Shown here: positions 55,281 to 64,000 of the stretch, piece after piece | Layout: each line of letters starts with the position of its first letter | Numbering within the stretch: the first letter of the stretch is position 1 | From: Eubacteriales bacterium | GTDB lineage: Bacteria; Bacillota; Clostridia; Oscillospirales; CAG-272 | Assembly: GCA_045535815.1 (NCBI GenBank) | Contig: JAZSMJ010000068.1 | Span: 5,459-69,458 of the forward strand | Direction: 5' to 3' | DNA: 64,000 nt | Translations under genes and position numbers: made by a program | Notes under the pieces: generated by a model | The model's input: the letters and a program-made list of their open reading frames with translations, nothing else | Database searches by the model: none | Told to the model about the DNA's origin: nothing

Positions 55281-57011
55281 ATGGCATTTGACGCCGGCAT
55301 GGTTGCCGCAGTTGCAAACGAACTCAGAATAAAGCTGACCGGAGCAAGAGTCGAAAAGGTACAGCAGCCCGAAAAGGATGAAATAGTGCTTGTTATGCAC
55401 AGCGGCAGAGAGAATTACAGGCTCTGCCTTTCGGCAGGTGTCGGAAGCGCAAGAGTAAATCTGACGGCTGTGCAAAAGGAAAATCCGCAGTCTGCACCTA
55501 TGTTCTGTATGCTTTTGAGAAAGCATCTGACAGGGTCTAGGCTGCAGAATATTACTCAGCTCGGATTTGAGAGAGTGCTTGAATTTGAATTTGAAGGCTA
55601 TGACGAGATGGGATTTATCTCCAAAAGATATATCATAGCCGAGATAATGGGCAAGTGCAGTAATATCATATTTACAAATGAAGAAAAAAAGGTGCTCGGA
55701 GCTGTCAAGACGGTTGATTTCACCACCAGCCGTCTGAGACAGGTGCTTCCGGGTATGATATACGAAATGCCTCCGTCTCAGGAGGGCAAGACAGACCCCT
55801 TGAGTATGGAACGGGACGAGTTTTATTCTCTTTTTGAGAAAAAGGGATTTGACGCTCCCGCAGATAAATTTATACTTAATAATTTTATAGGAATATCTCC
55901 GCTTATATCCCGTGAGATAGCATATCTTGCAGGTGATGAGATAAGTGCACAGTCGCTGTGGAATGCCTTTTCAGCCGTTTGCGACGTTATAAGGAATGCA
56001 GACTTTACACCAATACTTATTAAAGATGAAAGCGGAAAGCCGTTTGAATACAGCTTTATGCCTATAAAGCAGTACGGTATTTCTGCCGATACGGAGGATA
56101 CCGGATCCTTCGGTGCGCTGATAGACGGATATTTCGCAAAGCGTGAAAAGATAGAACGTATAAAGCAGCGCTCGTCCGATATAATGAAGCTCCTTACAAA
56201 TGCAGAGGCACATCTGAGAAGGAAGATAGCTGCTCAGGAAAACGATATCAAGGCGAGTGAGGAGAAGGAGGTATATAAGCGAAACGGCGACCTTATAACG
56301 GCTAATATGTATATGCTGTCAAGAGGTATGACCAGCGCTGAGCTTGTAGATTATTCAGACGAGAATATGCCAACCGTGACCGTCACGCTTGATTCAAGGC
56401 TCACACCTGCGCAGAACGCACAGCGTTATTACAAATACTATAACAAAGCAAAGGCGGCGCAGATCGAGGTTGCAAAGCAGCTTGAGATATCAAAGTCAGA
56501 GCTTGAGTATATATACACCGTTTTTGAAGCGCTTGTCAAGGCGGAAAACGAGGCAGACCTTGCCGAGATAAGAGACGAGCTATACCGTTCGGGCTATGCC
56601 TCCAAAATGAAGAACTATGCCGTAAAAAAGATGAGCGCCTCAAAGCCGCTTGAATTCGTGACCGACGGCGGATACAGAGTTCTGTGCGGTAAGAATAACA
56701 CGCAGAACGATTATATAACCACAAAGCTTGCAGATAAGAACGACTATTGGTTCCACGTAAAGAATATGCCGGGCTCCCACGTTCTTCTCATCTGTGACGA
56801 CGAGCCGGGAGAGATGGATTTCACCCAGGCGGCAATGATTGCGGCGCGTTATTCAAAGGCGTCTGACGGGGTAAACGTTGCGGTGGACTACACCAAAGCG
56901 AGATACGTAAAGAAGCCGGGAGGCTCAAAGCCGGGATTCGTTATCTATACCACCAACTGGACAGCCTACGTTACCCCGGATGCAAAAGAAGTAGAAAGAC
57001 TTAAGAAGTAG
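55281..57011 (+). CDS. rqcH: RqcH / NFACT-family ribosome quality-control protein (FbpA-like)
   Basis: N-terminus MAFDAGMVAAVANEL...RVEKVQQPEKDEIVL, a coiled-coil middle region and a C-terminal NFACT-R-like segment (WFHVKNMPGSHV). Confidence 0.85.
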   Translation: MAFDAGMVAAVANELRIKLTGARVEKVQQPEKDEIVLVMHSGRENYRLCLSAGVGSARVNLTAVQKENPQSAPMFCMLLRKHLTGSRLQNITQLGFERVLEFEFEGYDEMGFISKRYIIAEIMGKCSNIIFTNEEKKVLGAVKTVDFTTSRLRQVLPGMIYEMPPSQEGKTDPLSMERDEFYSLFEKKGFDAPADKFILNNFIGISPLISREIAYLAGDEISAQSLWNAFSAVCDVIRNADFTPILIKDESGKPFEYSFMPIKQYGISADTEDTGSFGALIDGYFAKREKIERIKQRSSDIMKLLTNAEAHLRRKIAAQENDIKASEEKEVYKRNGDLITANMYMLSRGMTSAELVDYSDENMPTVTVTLDSRLTPAQNAQRYYKYYNKAKAAQIEVAKQLEISKSELEYIYTVFEALVKAENEADLAEIRDELYRSGYASKMKNYAVKKMSASKPLEFVTDGGYRVLCGKNNTQNDYITTKLADKNDYWFHVKNMPGSHVLLICDDEPGEMDFTQAAMIAARYSKASDGVNVAVDYTKARYVKKPGGSKPGFVIYTTNWTAYVTPDAKEVERLKK

Positions 57012-57020
57012 CAAAATAAA

Positions 57021-57056
57021 AAACAAAACGGACCATCGGTCCGTTTTGTTTTTTTA
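57021..57056. terminator. Bidirectional terminator
   Basis: aaaacggacc-atc-ggtccgtttt flanked by A and T runs. Confidence 0.75.
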
Positions 57057-57096
57057 GAGGTGTTCAGATGTGAAACTGATCGGTATTAAAATGACG

Positions 57097-57336
57097 TCAG
57101 CTTTTTTTCTGCTTTTTTGAAGGTATCTCCCTTGGCGGATGTTTATCGGGGAATTCATACGGAGTCAGCGGGATATTATAAATATCCTCATAGGACTGTG
57201 TTTCGTCCTCATCCTCCGGCATTATTCTTGCAAGCCCCGTGCATTCCGTGCTCGATACCACCGAGCCGCTCATAAGGTCGTTTTCATACGGCTCATGCTT
57301 GAATGGATCGGTTATTGGAAAATCATCTTTTTTCAT
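57097..57336 (-). CDS. Small acidic hypothetical protein
   Basis: 79-aa ORF with a GGAGGCG RBS 8 nt upstream. Confidence 0.45.
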   Translation of the reverse strand: MKKDDFPITDPFKHEPYENDLMSGSVVSSTECTGLARIMPEDEDETQSYEDIYNIPLTPYEFPDKHPPREIPSKKQKKS

Positions 57337-57408
57337 AAAATAATCGCCTCCGTCCGATATTAGTATTATCGGATAGAGGCGATATATTATAGGTAATTTT
57401 TTCTTTTG

Positions 57409-58290
57409 TTATCCTTTTGATTTTCTCTTAAGGAACGAAAGCTGTGTTTCGGAAATGACGATGGCGATAAATATCATAATGAAGCCTATAGCCAGACGAA
57501 GAGTGAATTCCTCGTCTGCATAAAAAATGAGCGAGAATATTATGCCGAATACCGACTCAAGACTGAGAATAAGCGATGCGGCAGAAGGGGAGGTTCCTTT
57601 TTGTCCGACGTTCTGCAAAAGAAGGCAGAGGGCGGTAGGGAATACCGCAAGATAGAAAAGCCAGGTCCAGCTTGATGCAGAAGCAGAAATACTCCAGCTC
57701 TCAGAGCACGCTGAGAAGATCCACGAAAGCACCGCCGAGGTCGCAAACTGAAGTATGGTTAGTATTACGGGATCGTGGTCACGGCTGAGCTTGGATATTG
57801 CTATCATATGTGCAGCAAAGAAAAATCCGCCGATAAGAGTAAAGCTGTCTCCGAAGCTCATTGTGAATCCGCCCTTGAGCGAAACGAGACCTATACCCGA
57901 AAGGCAGATAACTGCCGCTATGAAGTTGTAGATCGAGGGTCTTACCCTGTTTACTATCCACGCCATAAAGGGCACCATTATGCAGTACGATGCGGTAAGA
58001 AATGCATTTTTACCGGGAGTGGTATCGGTGATACCTATGGTCTGGGTAGCGTATGCTGCAAAAAGGAATACTCCAATAACAACGCCCCTCCACAGATGGC
58101 TGACGTCTGTGGTGCTGAACTTTTTCCAAAAAATAAGTATAAGTATTGCGGAGCCTATTGTGAAACGGACCCCGAGAAGCATAAACGGCGGAAAAACGTC
58201 CACCGAGTTTTTCATAAGTACGAATGACGTTCCCCAGATAAGTGCGGCGGCAAAAAGAGCGAGCTGGGGTAAAAATTTGATTTTTTTCAT
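57409..58290 (-). CDS. EamA/DMT-family transporter
   Basis: 10-TM profile with duplicated EamA halves. Confidence 0.8.
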   Translation of the reverse strand: MKKIKFLPQLALFAAALIWGTSFVLMKNSVDVFPPFMLLGVRFTIGSAILILIFWKKFSTTDVSHLWRGVVIGVFLFAAYATQTIGITDTTPGKNAFLTASYCIMVPFMAWIVNRVRPSIYNFIAAVICLSGIGLVSLKGGFTMSFGDSFTLIGGFFFAAHMIAISKLSRDHDPVILTILQFATSAVLSWIFSACSESWSISASASSWTWLFYLAVFPTALCLLLQNVGQKGTSPSAASLILSLESVFGIIFSLIFYADEEFTLRLAIGFIMIFIAIVISETQLSFLKRKSKG

Positions 58291-58314
58291 AAAGATATTT
58301 CCTTGCGATAATAG

Positions 58315-58749
58315 TTAAAGTGAACTTATAATATCCTTTTCCGACTCACCTATAACGGTTATGCCGTTTGAGATAAGCAGAGCTGCGGTTATCCCGTCTC
58401 CGACCTTGAGCGACCTTGAAAAGCTGCCGTCGTATACCCGTCCTTTTCCGCAGGATGGGCTTTTTTCTTTCAGTATAGCAAGCGTACATCCGTTTTCAAG
58501 TGCGATTTCAAGCGCTTTTTGCGCACCGAGAGAATACTGTGCGGTAACGTCCTTGCCTTCGCTGTTGATTACACGGCTGCCGCATATCTCAGCAGGCGCT
58601 CTTGGCGTCTGAAGACCGCCGAGTACCTCTGGACAGACGGGTATAAGCTCATGACGCCCCTCGAGTGCGATTATATCCGATTCCGGCTTTGACATGCCGT
58701 CATATCGGCAGCGCTCGCCGAGCAGACAGGCACTTACGAGTATTTTCAT
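58315..58749 (-). CDS. DUF523-family protein (YbbK-like)
   Basis: MKILVSACLLGERCRYDG...PVCPEVLGGLQTPR is typical of DUF523. Start taken at MKIL. Confidence 0.7.
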   Translation of the reverse strand: MKILVSACLLGERCRYDGMSKPESDIIALEGRHELIPVCPEVLGGLQTPRAPAEICGSRVINSEGKDVTAQYSLGAQKALEIALENGCTLAILKEKSPSCGKGRVYDGSFSRSLKVGDGITAALLISNGITVIGESEKDIISSL

Positions 58750-58768
58750 ATAAGTATCTCCTTGCTTT

Positions 58769-59623
58769 TTAGAGAAGAGCAACTGCTATACCGCATATTA
58801 TCACTGCGGCGCAAAGCAGTCTGTATGCAGTATCCTTTTCCTTAAAGAATATCCTTCCGCCTGCTATTACTACCACGGCGCTCGACTGCTTAAGCAGAGC
58901 CATCAGCGTTACCATGCTTGAGCTCTGAGCACAAGCCTCAAAAAGCGCACGGTCAGCAGCTATCAGCAAAAGGCTCATCAGCCATATTCTTATATCCTTT
59001 ATAAGCCTTACGAAGCGTATTTTGCTGTGCGTTATCAAAACGTATACCGACGTAAACAGCAGCAGAAGAAGCATAAACCAGAACTGAAGCTGCTTTGAAT
59101 TTAGCTGTGACATTATTATCTTATCGAGCGTACCCGAGGTCGAATTCATAATGCAGGATATCAGCATAAGAGCTATGCTGATATTTCTTTTCTTTGCGTT
59201 ATCCTCAGATAAGGCCTTTTTTCTCGGAAGCTTTAGCATAATAAGACCTGCGCTGACGAGCACGAGACCGATAACCCCGAAAAGCGAGAGCGTTTCGTTT
59301 AGAATAAAGACTCCGAGCAAGGTTGAAAACAAAACTCTCGAAAGGTCTACCACCCCGTACAGGCTGACCGGCAGATGCTTCAAGGCGTGAAAGCTGAGCG
59401 CAAACGCACCGAATACGCAAAGGGATTTAAGAACTATAAGTGCGCAGTTTTCTGCATTTGGTATCTGCGCACTCGGTATGTTTGGCAATACCATCAAAAA
59501 TGATATAAAGGTATAGGCAAACAGCACCTCGATTGAAGTGAAATCAAAAAGCGCACGCTTCTTTAACAGCTCGCGTGCGCCCTTTGCTGCACCGTAAAAC
59601 AGAACAAGAATTATCCAAAGCAT
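58769..59623 (-). CDS. EamA-like/DMT-superfamily membrane protein
   Basis: About 10 TM segments, 284 aa. Confidence 0.65.
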   Translation of the reverse strand: MLWIILVLFYGAAKGARELLKKRALFDFTSIEVLFAYTFISFLMVLPNIPSAQIPNAENCALIVLKSLCVFGAFALSFHALKHLPVSLYGVVDLSRVLFSTLLGVFILNETLSLFGVIGLVLVSAGLIMLKLPRKKALSEDNAKKRNISIALMLISCIMNSTSGTLDKIIMSQLNSKQLQFWFMLLLLLFTSVYVLITHSKIRFVRLIKDIRIWLMSLLLIAADRALFEACAQSSSMVTLMALLKQSSAVVVIAGGRIFFKEKDTAYRLLCAAVIICGIAVALL

Positions 59624-59637
59624 ATTATTTCAAAGGA

Positions 59638-60585
59638 TCAATAGAAGGTTGCAACCGGGTCGTCGGGCTGAGCTGAGAGCTCTATGGAATCAAGATAGAG
59701 CACGGGTCCCTTGGAATTGTAGGCCTTGTGCTTTTCAAGCTTTATCTTTGCTTCAACTATGACCCAGTCGTACGATTTAAAGTTATCTATACCCTTACCC
59801 TTGACCGCAAGACCGCTGTATGCGATATCGTCAACACAGCAGGTCATAATATGTCTGCCGACGAATATGAAATCATCGGGATATTGATCGTTTTTGGCAA
59901 CAACGCCCTTAAATCTGACAGTCTTTCCGTTGTAGCTTTTCATATTGTCTCCAAGATCTCTGTACCAAAGAGCGTAGTCACGGTCCTCGATCTCGATAAT
60001 CGGAGCGTCTATATCAAAGGGCAGAGGGTCCTCGATATCATCATATTCAATTTTTCCGTCAGCGTGCTCGTAAATTATGTCAACTGCCCTCGAAAGTCCT
60101 CTGACCAGCTTGTGAAGCTCCATTACGTCAAATCCGGCAGGAATGCGGTTGAATGCGACAAGGCTTGCGTTCTGGATCTTGTCGACCACAAGGCTTCTCA
60201 TGTTCGCATTGTAGTTCATTATGGTTGTTGCATCGGCAAAGAACATCTGCTGATAAACCGGCCATTCCTCGGGAAGTGCGTTATATATAGAGGATAACTG
60301 CCACATGCCGTTGTATTCAATTATGACTCTTGTTGCATCGCTTCTGCGACGCATCTTAAGAAGAAGTCCGGGAGTCAGAAGATCCTCTGAGTCAACGGTC
60401 TCTACAGTAACGCAGTCCGAAGCGAAGAGGGAAGGATCGTATTCCTCAATGCCTTCCTCACAAACTACGAGAAGCGTTTTTTCTCCTGAATTGAACTTGG
60501 GATCCTCAAGAGTTTCCTGAATAAACTTGGTTTTACCGCATTCAAGAAATCCGGTAAAGAGATATACGGGTATTTCCTGTGTCAT
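59638..60585 (-). CDS. CobW-like N-terminal domain with a degenerate P-loop, fused to a DUF1980-like C-terminal domain with a CC motif
   Basis: The N-terminus VYLFTGFLECGKTKFI sits where a COG0523 GFLGAGKTT Walker A would be. The C-terminus GRHIMTCCVDDIAYSG resembles the DUF1980/TIGR03943 motif (family names from memory). Confidence 0.55.
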   Translation of the reverse strand: MTQEIPVYLFTGFLECGKTKFIQETLEDPKFNSGEKTLLVVCEEGIEEYDPSLFASDCVTVETVDSEDLLTPGLLLKMRRRSDATRVIIEYNGMWQLSSIYNALPEEWPVYQQMFFADATTIMNYNANMRSLVVDKIQNASLVAFNRIPAGFDVMELHKLVRGLSRAVDIIYEHADGKIEYDDIEDPLPFDIDAPIIEIEDRDYALWYRDLGDNMKSYNGKTVRFKGVVAKNDQYPDDFIFVGRHIMTCCVDDIAYSGLAVKGKGIDNFKSYDWVIVEAKIKLEKHKAYNSKGPVLYLDSIELSAQPDDPVATFY

Positions 60586-60609
60586 ATTGTGTCACCTGTA
60601 AAGCAGTCC

Positions 60610-61734
60610 TCAGACTTCAAAAAGACTGCGTATATTTTCTTCGTTTATTTTTGATCCGATTATGCACAAACGGCCGATAGTTGAAGCAGCGCCGCTTCTG
60701 ACGTCGGGCTCACCGGGAACGTAGTCGAAATGGATCCAGCTTCCGTCCTGTGCGGGAACGATACCCTTGGCACGAAGTATAAAGCCGTATTTGCCCTCGT
60801 CCATAAGTGCTTCAAAAGCGCTGGAAATGAACTCGGCGGTGAATTTCTTGGGAGTTTCAACTCCCCAGCTTGTGAACACCTCATCTGCGTGGTGGTGATG
60901 GTGGTCGTGATCGTGACCGCATCCGCATCCGCACTCGTGATCGTGATGGTGATGATGGTGCTCATGCTCACAGCATTCGTGATCGTGGTCGTGATGATGA
61001 TGCTCATGCTCGCAGCACTCGTGATCGTGGTCGTGATGATGATGCTCATGCTCGCAGCATTCGTGATCATGGTCGTGATGGTGATGCCCGTGATGGTGAG
61101 CGCTTTCCTTTGCAAGATGCTCAAGCTCATCGCAGAGCGTATCCGTATGCTCTATTGCAGAAAGTATCTGTGCACCGGTAAGCTGTTCCCAGGGTGTAGT
61201 AACGATCTCGCAGTCAGCATTTATCTCCTTGAGAAGAGCAACTGCCTTTTCTATCTTTTCATTTGAAAGGTTGGTAGTATGGCTCATGATGATAGTGCTT
61301 GCGTGCTCTATCTGATTATTGAAGAATTCACCGAAGTTCTTCATATACATACGGCACTTGTTGGCATCAACTACCGTAGTAAAGCTGTTTAGCTTTATCT
61401 TATCGGATTTGATGTCCTGAACGGCACGTATAACGTCGCTCAGCTTGCCGACGCCCGACGGCTCTATAAGTATACGGTCGGGAGTATATTCGCTTATTAC
61501 CTTTTCAAGCGCAACTCCGAAATCTCCGACAAGACTGCAGCATATACAACCGGAATTCATCTCGGTTATCTCAATGCCTGCGTCCTGCATAAATCCGCCG
61601 TCAATACCGATCTCGCCGAACTCATTTTCTATAAGCACCAGCTTTTCACCGCTGTAGGCTTCCTTTATAAGCTTTTTTATAAGCGTTGTTTTTCCTGCTC
61701 CGAGAAAACCGGAGAAAATATCAATCTTTATCAT
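60610..61734 (-). CDS. COG0523/CobW-family G3E GTPase metallochaperone with an expanded His/Cys-rich insert
   Basis: GFLGAGKTTL Walker A, ENEFGEIGID, and the GCICCS (CxCC) metal motif. An ~70-aa His/Asp/Cys-rich linker follows, then a CobW_C-like C-terminus. Confidence 0.85.
   Translation of the reverse strand: MIKIDIFSGFLGAGKTTLIKKLIKEAYSGEKLVLIENEFGEIGIDGGFMQDAGIEITEMNSGCICCSLVGDFGVALEKVISEYTPDRILIEPSGVGKLSDVIRAVQDIKSDKIKLNSFTTVVDANKCRMYMKNFGEFFNNQIEHASTIIMSHTTNLSNEKIEKAVALLKEINADCEIVTTPWEQLTGAQILSAIEHTDTLCDELEHLAKESAHHHGHHHHDHDHECCEHEHHHHDHDHECCEHEHHHHDHDHECCEHEHHHHHHDHECGCGCGHDHDHHHHHADEVFTSWGVETPKKFTAEFISSAFEALMDEGKYGFILRAKGIVPAQDGSWIHFDYVPGEPDVRSGAASTIGRLCIIGSKINEENIRSLFEV
60961..61086 (-). 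repeat. Three tandem 42-bp coding repeats. Each encodes approximately HHHHDHDHECCEHE. They sit within a wider His-codon-rich tract (about 60888-61100).
   Basis: Copies at 60961-61002, 61003-61044 and 61045-61086 differ at only a few positions. Confidence 0.9.
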
Positions 61735-61834
61735 AAAATCGCATCCTTTGCTGAATTTATTTCTAATATAATATTATAACACTTATTATTTTCCGTTTCA
61801 AGATATTTATATAAAAAATTCGCCCATGCCTTTA

Positions 61835-61849
61835 TATGCATTATGCATA
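61835..61849. promoter_or_regulatory. Perfect 7-1-7 palindrome TATGCAT-T-ATGCATA; candidate metalloregulator operator
   Basis: It lies about 100 nt upstream of the cobW-like operon start. Additional ATGCA-containing half-sites lie within the next 50 nt. Confidence 0.4.
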
Positions 61850-61969
61850 CAAAAATGAATAAAATGCATTGCTTGGACTAAAAATGCAAAAAATATACAT
61901 TATAATTGATAAACAAACTCTCTTTTTGCTGTTTTATTCGTATAAATATACAAAATGGTGAATTTCCTA

Positions 61970-61998
61970 TTGACAAATCGGTTTTTATGTATTAGAAT
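61970..61998 (+). promoter_or_regulatory. Sigma-A-type promoter of the ABC transporter genes
   Basis: TTGACA-17 nt-TAGAAT. Confidence 0.6.
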
Positions 61999-62046
61999 AG
62001 GTACAGTCTTAAAAGATCACGATATTTTTTACAGGAGGATAATTCA

Positions 62047-62889
62047 ATGAAAAGAATTATATCACTTTTACTTACAGCAGTAATGCTTATCGGATGCGTT
62101 GCAGTATTTGCATCCTGCGGCAAAGAGGATGACGGCGAAAAGCTCGTTATAAACGGCTTCTCCGATCTTAACGGTCTCACCCTTTCATTCCAGGGCGGAA
62201 CAGTTTCCGATGACATCATCACAGCACTTATCGAATCCGGCGAGCTTGAAGCTACCGTTCTTCCCAACGAGAAGATACTCAACTGCTTCACACAGCTTGC
62301 AAACGGCGAAATCGACGCAGTAGTATGCGACAGCACGGTTGCTGAAGGCTACGTTGCAACGAACGGCGACAAGTATGAGATCGCATGGAAGCAGAGCGAT
62401 AACGCTGAAGAATTCGGCGTGGCTATGGGACTTGAAAACAGCGCACTTCAGACAGCTGTAAACCAGGCTCTTTCCGAGCTCAAGGCTGAGGGCTACGTTG
62501 ACGCACTTGTAAACAAGTGGTTCGGTGACGCTTCTGTTGAAGTTCAGATGCCCACAGAAAAGACAGTTGATACAAGCGCAATAACACTTATGTCCGAGGG
62601 TAAGCTCCTTGTAGGTGCCGAGATCGGTTATCCGCCTTTCGAGGATTACGCATCTGACGGTGTTACTCCCGTTGGCTTTGATATCGATCTTATGAAGGGT
62701 ATTGCCGCAAAGCTCGGTCTTGAGGTTGAATTTATCAACACCGCTTGGGAAGGCATATTCCTTGGTATCGACCAGAACTATGACTGCGTATGCTCCGCTG
62801 TATCTATAAACGATGAGCGTAAGCTTACAATGAGCTTCTCTGATCCTTATATTCAGAACTACCAGTCCGTAGTAATCGCAAAGAAATAA
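62047..62889 (+). CDS. Amino-acid ABC transporter substrate-binding lipoprotein (family 3 SBP)
   Basis: Lipobox FASCG. The segment LLVGAEIGYPPFE...GFDIDL...AWEGIFLGIDQNYDCVCSAVSI is typical of polar amino-acid SBPs. Confidence 0.8.
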   Translation: MKRIISLLLTAVMLIGCVAVFASCGKEDDGEKLVINGFSDLNGLTLSFQGGTVSDDIITALIESGELEATVLPNEKILNCFTQLANGEIDAVVCDSTVAEGYVATNGDKYEIAWKQSDNAEEFGVAMGLENSALQTAVNQALSELKAEGYVDALVNKWFGDASVEVQMPTEKTVDTSAITLMSEGKLLVGAEIGYPPFEDYASDGVTPVGFDIDLMKGIAAKLGLEVEFINTAWEGIFLGIDQNYDCVCSAVSINDERKLTMSFSDPYIQNYQSVVIAKK

Positions 62890-62964
62890 GAGCCGATAAA
62901 AATTAAGTATGGCACATGGCCGCTCAACACGACATGTGCCATACCCTGATTTAAGGAAAAAATA

Positions 62965-63999
62965 ATGAATAAAATACTGACTAAACTTAATCCCGCAAAC
63001 TACAAAAAGAAAACGAAGATACTGCTGTCGATAGCAGCAGTTATGCTTGTTATTATAACGGTGCTCGGTATAGCCGCACCTCCTATGACAGATCTTCAGG
63101 ACAGCGCTACCGAAGCTATGAAGGCAGCAATAGCGCAGGATGAAAAAAACGGCACCTTTAACGTTACCGAAACGCTCAATAACCTTTTTGTCATCAAGCT
63201 CGTTCGCTATGAGAAAAAGGGTATGGAGACTGAAAACTACATAGGCTTTTTCGGTCAGATAATGGACGTAGGTCCGCATAACAATGCCGCAAACCTTATT
63301 AATTATACCTACCGTATTCTCGGTATAGGTCAGCCTATAGTATACGGAGCTAAGCTGACCATATTCCTTACCGTCACGTCGGTTATGGCAGGCCTTTTGC
63401 TCAGTACGCTTTTAGCGCTTGGTAAGATGTCTCCTAAAAAATGGATAAGCGGTCCGTGCAGCGCATATATTTTTGTATTCAGAGGCACGCCTCTTATGCT
63501 GCAGCTTCTCTGTATATATTATCTGCTTCCGGCATGGTTCAACTTCAGCTGGAGAGGACTTTTATCGGGCATTATATCAGATAACGGACAGGCTACGATA
63601 TGGGGAGCGTTCATCTGTGCATTCGTCACCTTCAGCTTAAACTCTGCCGCATACTGCGCAGAGATAGTAAGAGCTGCAATACAGTCTATCGATAAGGGTC
63701 AAAGCGAAGCAGGTAAGGCACTCGGTCTTACGGGCGGTCAGGTTATGTCAAACATAATCATTCCGCAGACCTTCCGCAGACTTGTTCCTCCGATAGCGAA
63801 TGAGTTTATTATGGTGCTCAAGGATGCATCGATAGTAACTGTAATATCAATGCAGGATATCACCACTATCTCCAAGACTATAGCAGGTCAGGGCTCGTAT
63901 CTCGTATTCCTTCCCGCTATGATAGTTTATCTGCTTATAACGTGGGTATTCTCAATAGTATTCAACGCGCTCGAGAAGAAATTCTCGATATACGAATAA
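62965..63999 (+). CDS. Amino-acid ABC transporter permease (HisM/GlnP type) with an ~110-aa N-terminal extension
   Basis: The EAA-type loop AAYCAEIVRAAIQSIDKGQSEAGKALGL is typical. An extra N-terminal TM segment plus a soluble segment precede the core. Confidence 0.8.
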   Translation: MNKILTKLNPANYKKKTKILLSIAAVMLVIITVLGIAAPPMTDLQDSATEAMKAAIAQDEKNGTFNVTETLNNLFVIKLVRYEKKGMETENYIGFFGQIMDVGPHNNAANLINYTYRILGIGQPIVYGAKLTIFLTVTSVMAGLLLSTLLALGKMSPKKWISGPCSAYIFVFRGTPLMLQLLCIYYLLPAWFNFSWRGLLSGIISDNGQATIWGAFICAFVTFSLNSAAYCAEIVRAAIQSIDKGQSEAGKALGLTGGQVMSNIIIPQTFRRLVPPIANEFIMVLKDASIVTVISMQDITTISKTIAGQGSYLVFLPAMIVYLLITWVFSIVFNALEKKFSIYE

Positions 64000-64000
64000 A

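Noticed and set aside
60660-61266. Long ORFs on both strands (156 aa and 178 aa) across the His-rich region.
   Set aside because: They are artefacts of the GTG/ATG/CAT/CAC-rich tandem repeat. They overlap the well-supported CobW-family frame.
1-64000. CRISPR arrays, rRNA genes, IS elements/transposases and toxin-antitoxin pairs.
   Set aside because: I saw no regularly spaced direct repeats with unique spacers, no rRNA-like sequence, and no transposase-like ORF. The only recombinase is the serine recombinase at 38797..40173, and the only tRNA is tRNA-Thr.

Overview
This looks like a chromosomal window from a spore-forming Firmicute of class Clostridia. The inference rests on PolC, spoIVB, the pyrH-frr-uppS-cdsA-dxr-rseP-ispG-polC gene order, and two dockerin-bearing secreted enzymes that suggest a Ruminococcus/Oscillospiraceae-like organism. 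No database search was possible, so all calls come from reading the ORF translations and the DNA.

Four zones:
(1) 0.1-18.3 kb, accessory carbohydrate zone. It holds four paralogous sialidase-fold (BNR) proteins: one fused to an HpcH/HpaI aldolase, one to GLUG repeats, one to a dockerin plus CBM-like domain, and one standalone. With them are AraC, ArsR-type and GntR regulators and an EamA exporter. The zone is cut into two cassettes by three direct copies of a lipoprotein signal-sequence segment. After it come a VanY-type lipoprotein, an MFS transporter, a solo retron (promoter + msr/msd-like ncRNA + RT, no recognisable effector), spoIVB and kdgK-eda.
(2) 18.4-38.6 kb, core genes: pepD, pyrH, frr, uppS, cdsA, dxr, rseP, ispG, polC and a complete his operon (hisZGDCBHAFIE).
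(3) 38.6-43.5 kb, rearrangement patch. It contains a solitary SpoIVCA-like large serine recombinase, a lysine-riboswitch-controlled nhaC, a truncated HsdR N-terminal (DUF4145-like) fragment, and a 5' fragment of the forespore sigma factor gene sigG that breaks off inside region 2.4. The patch ends next to tRNA-Thr, where the conserved ylxM-ffh-rpsP-khpA string stops.
(4) 43.5-64 kb: a dockerin-SGNH esterase, a PstS-like lipoprotein, T-box-controlled thrS, rqcH, a COG0523/CobW metallochaperone operon with a 3 x 42-bp His/Cys-rich tandem repeat and a 7-1-7 palindrome upstream, and an amino-acid ABC transporter.

The most interesting candidates are the interrupted sigG with a nearby serine recombinase, the effector-less retron, and the aldolase-sialidase fusion inside the sialidase-fold cassettes.
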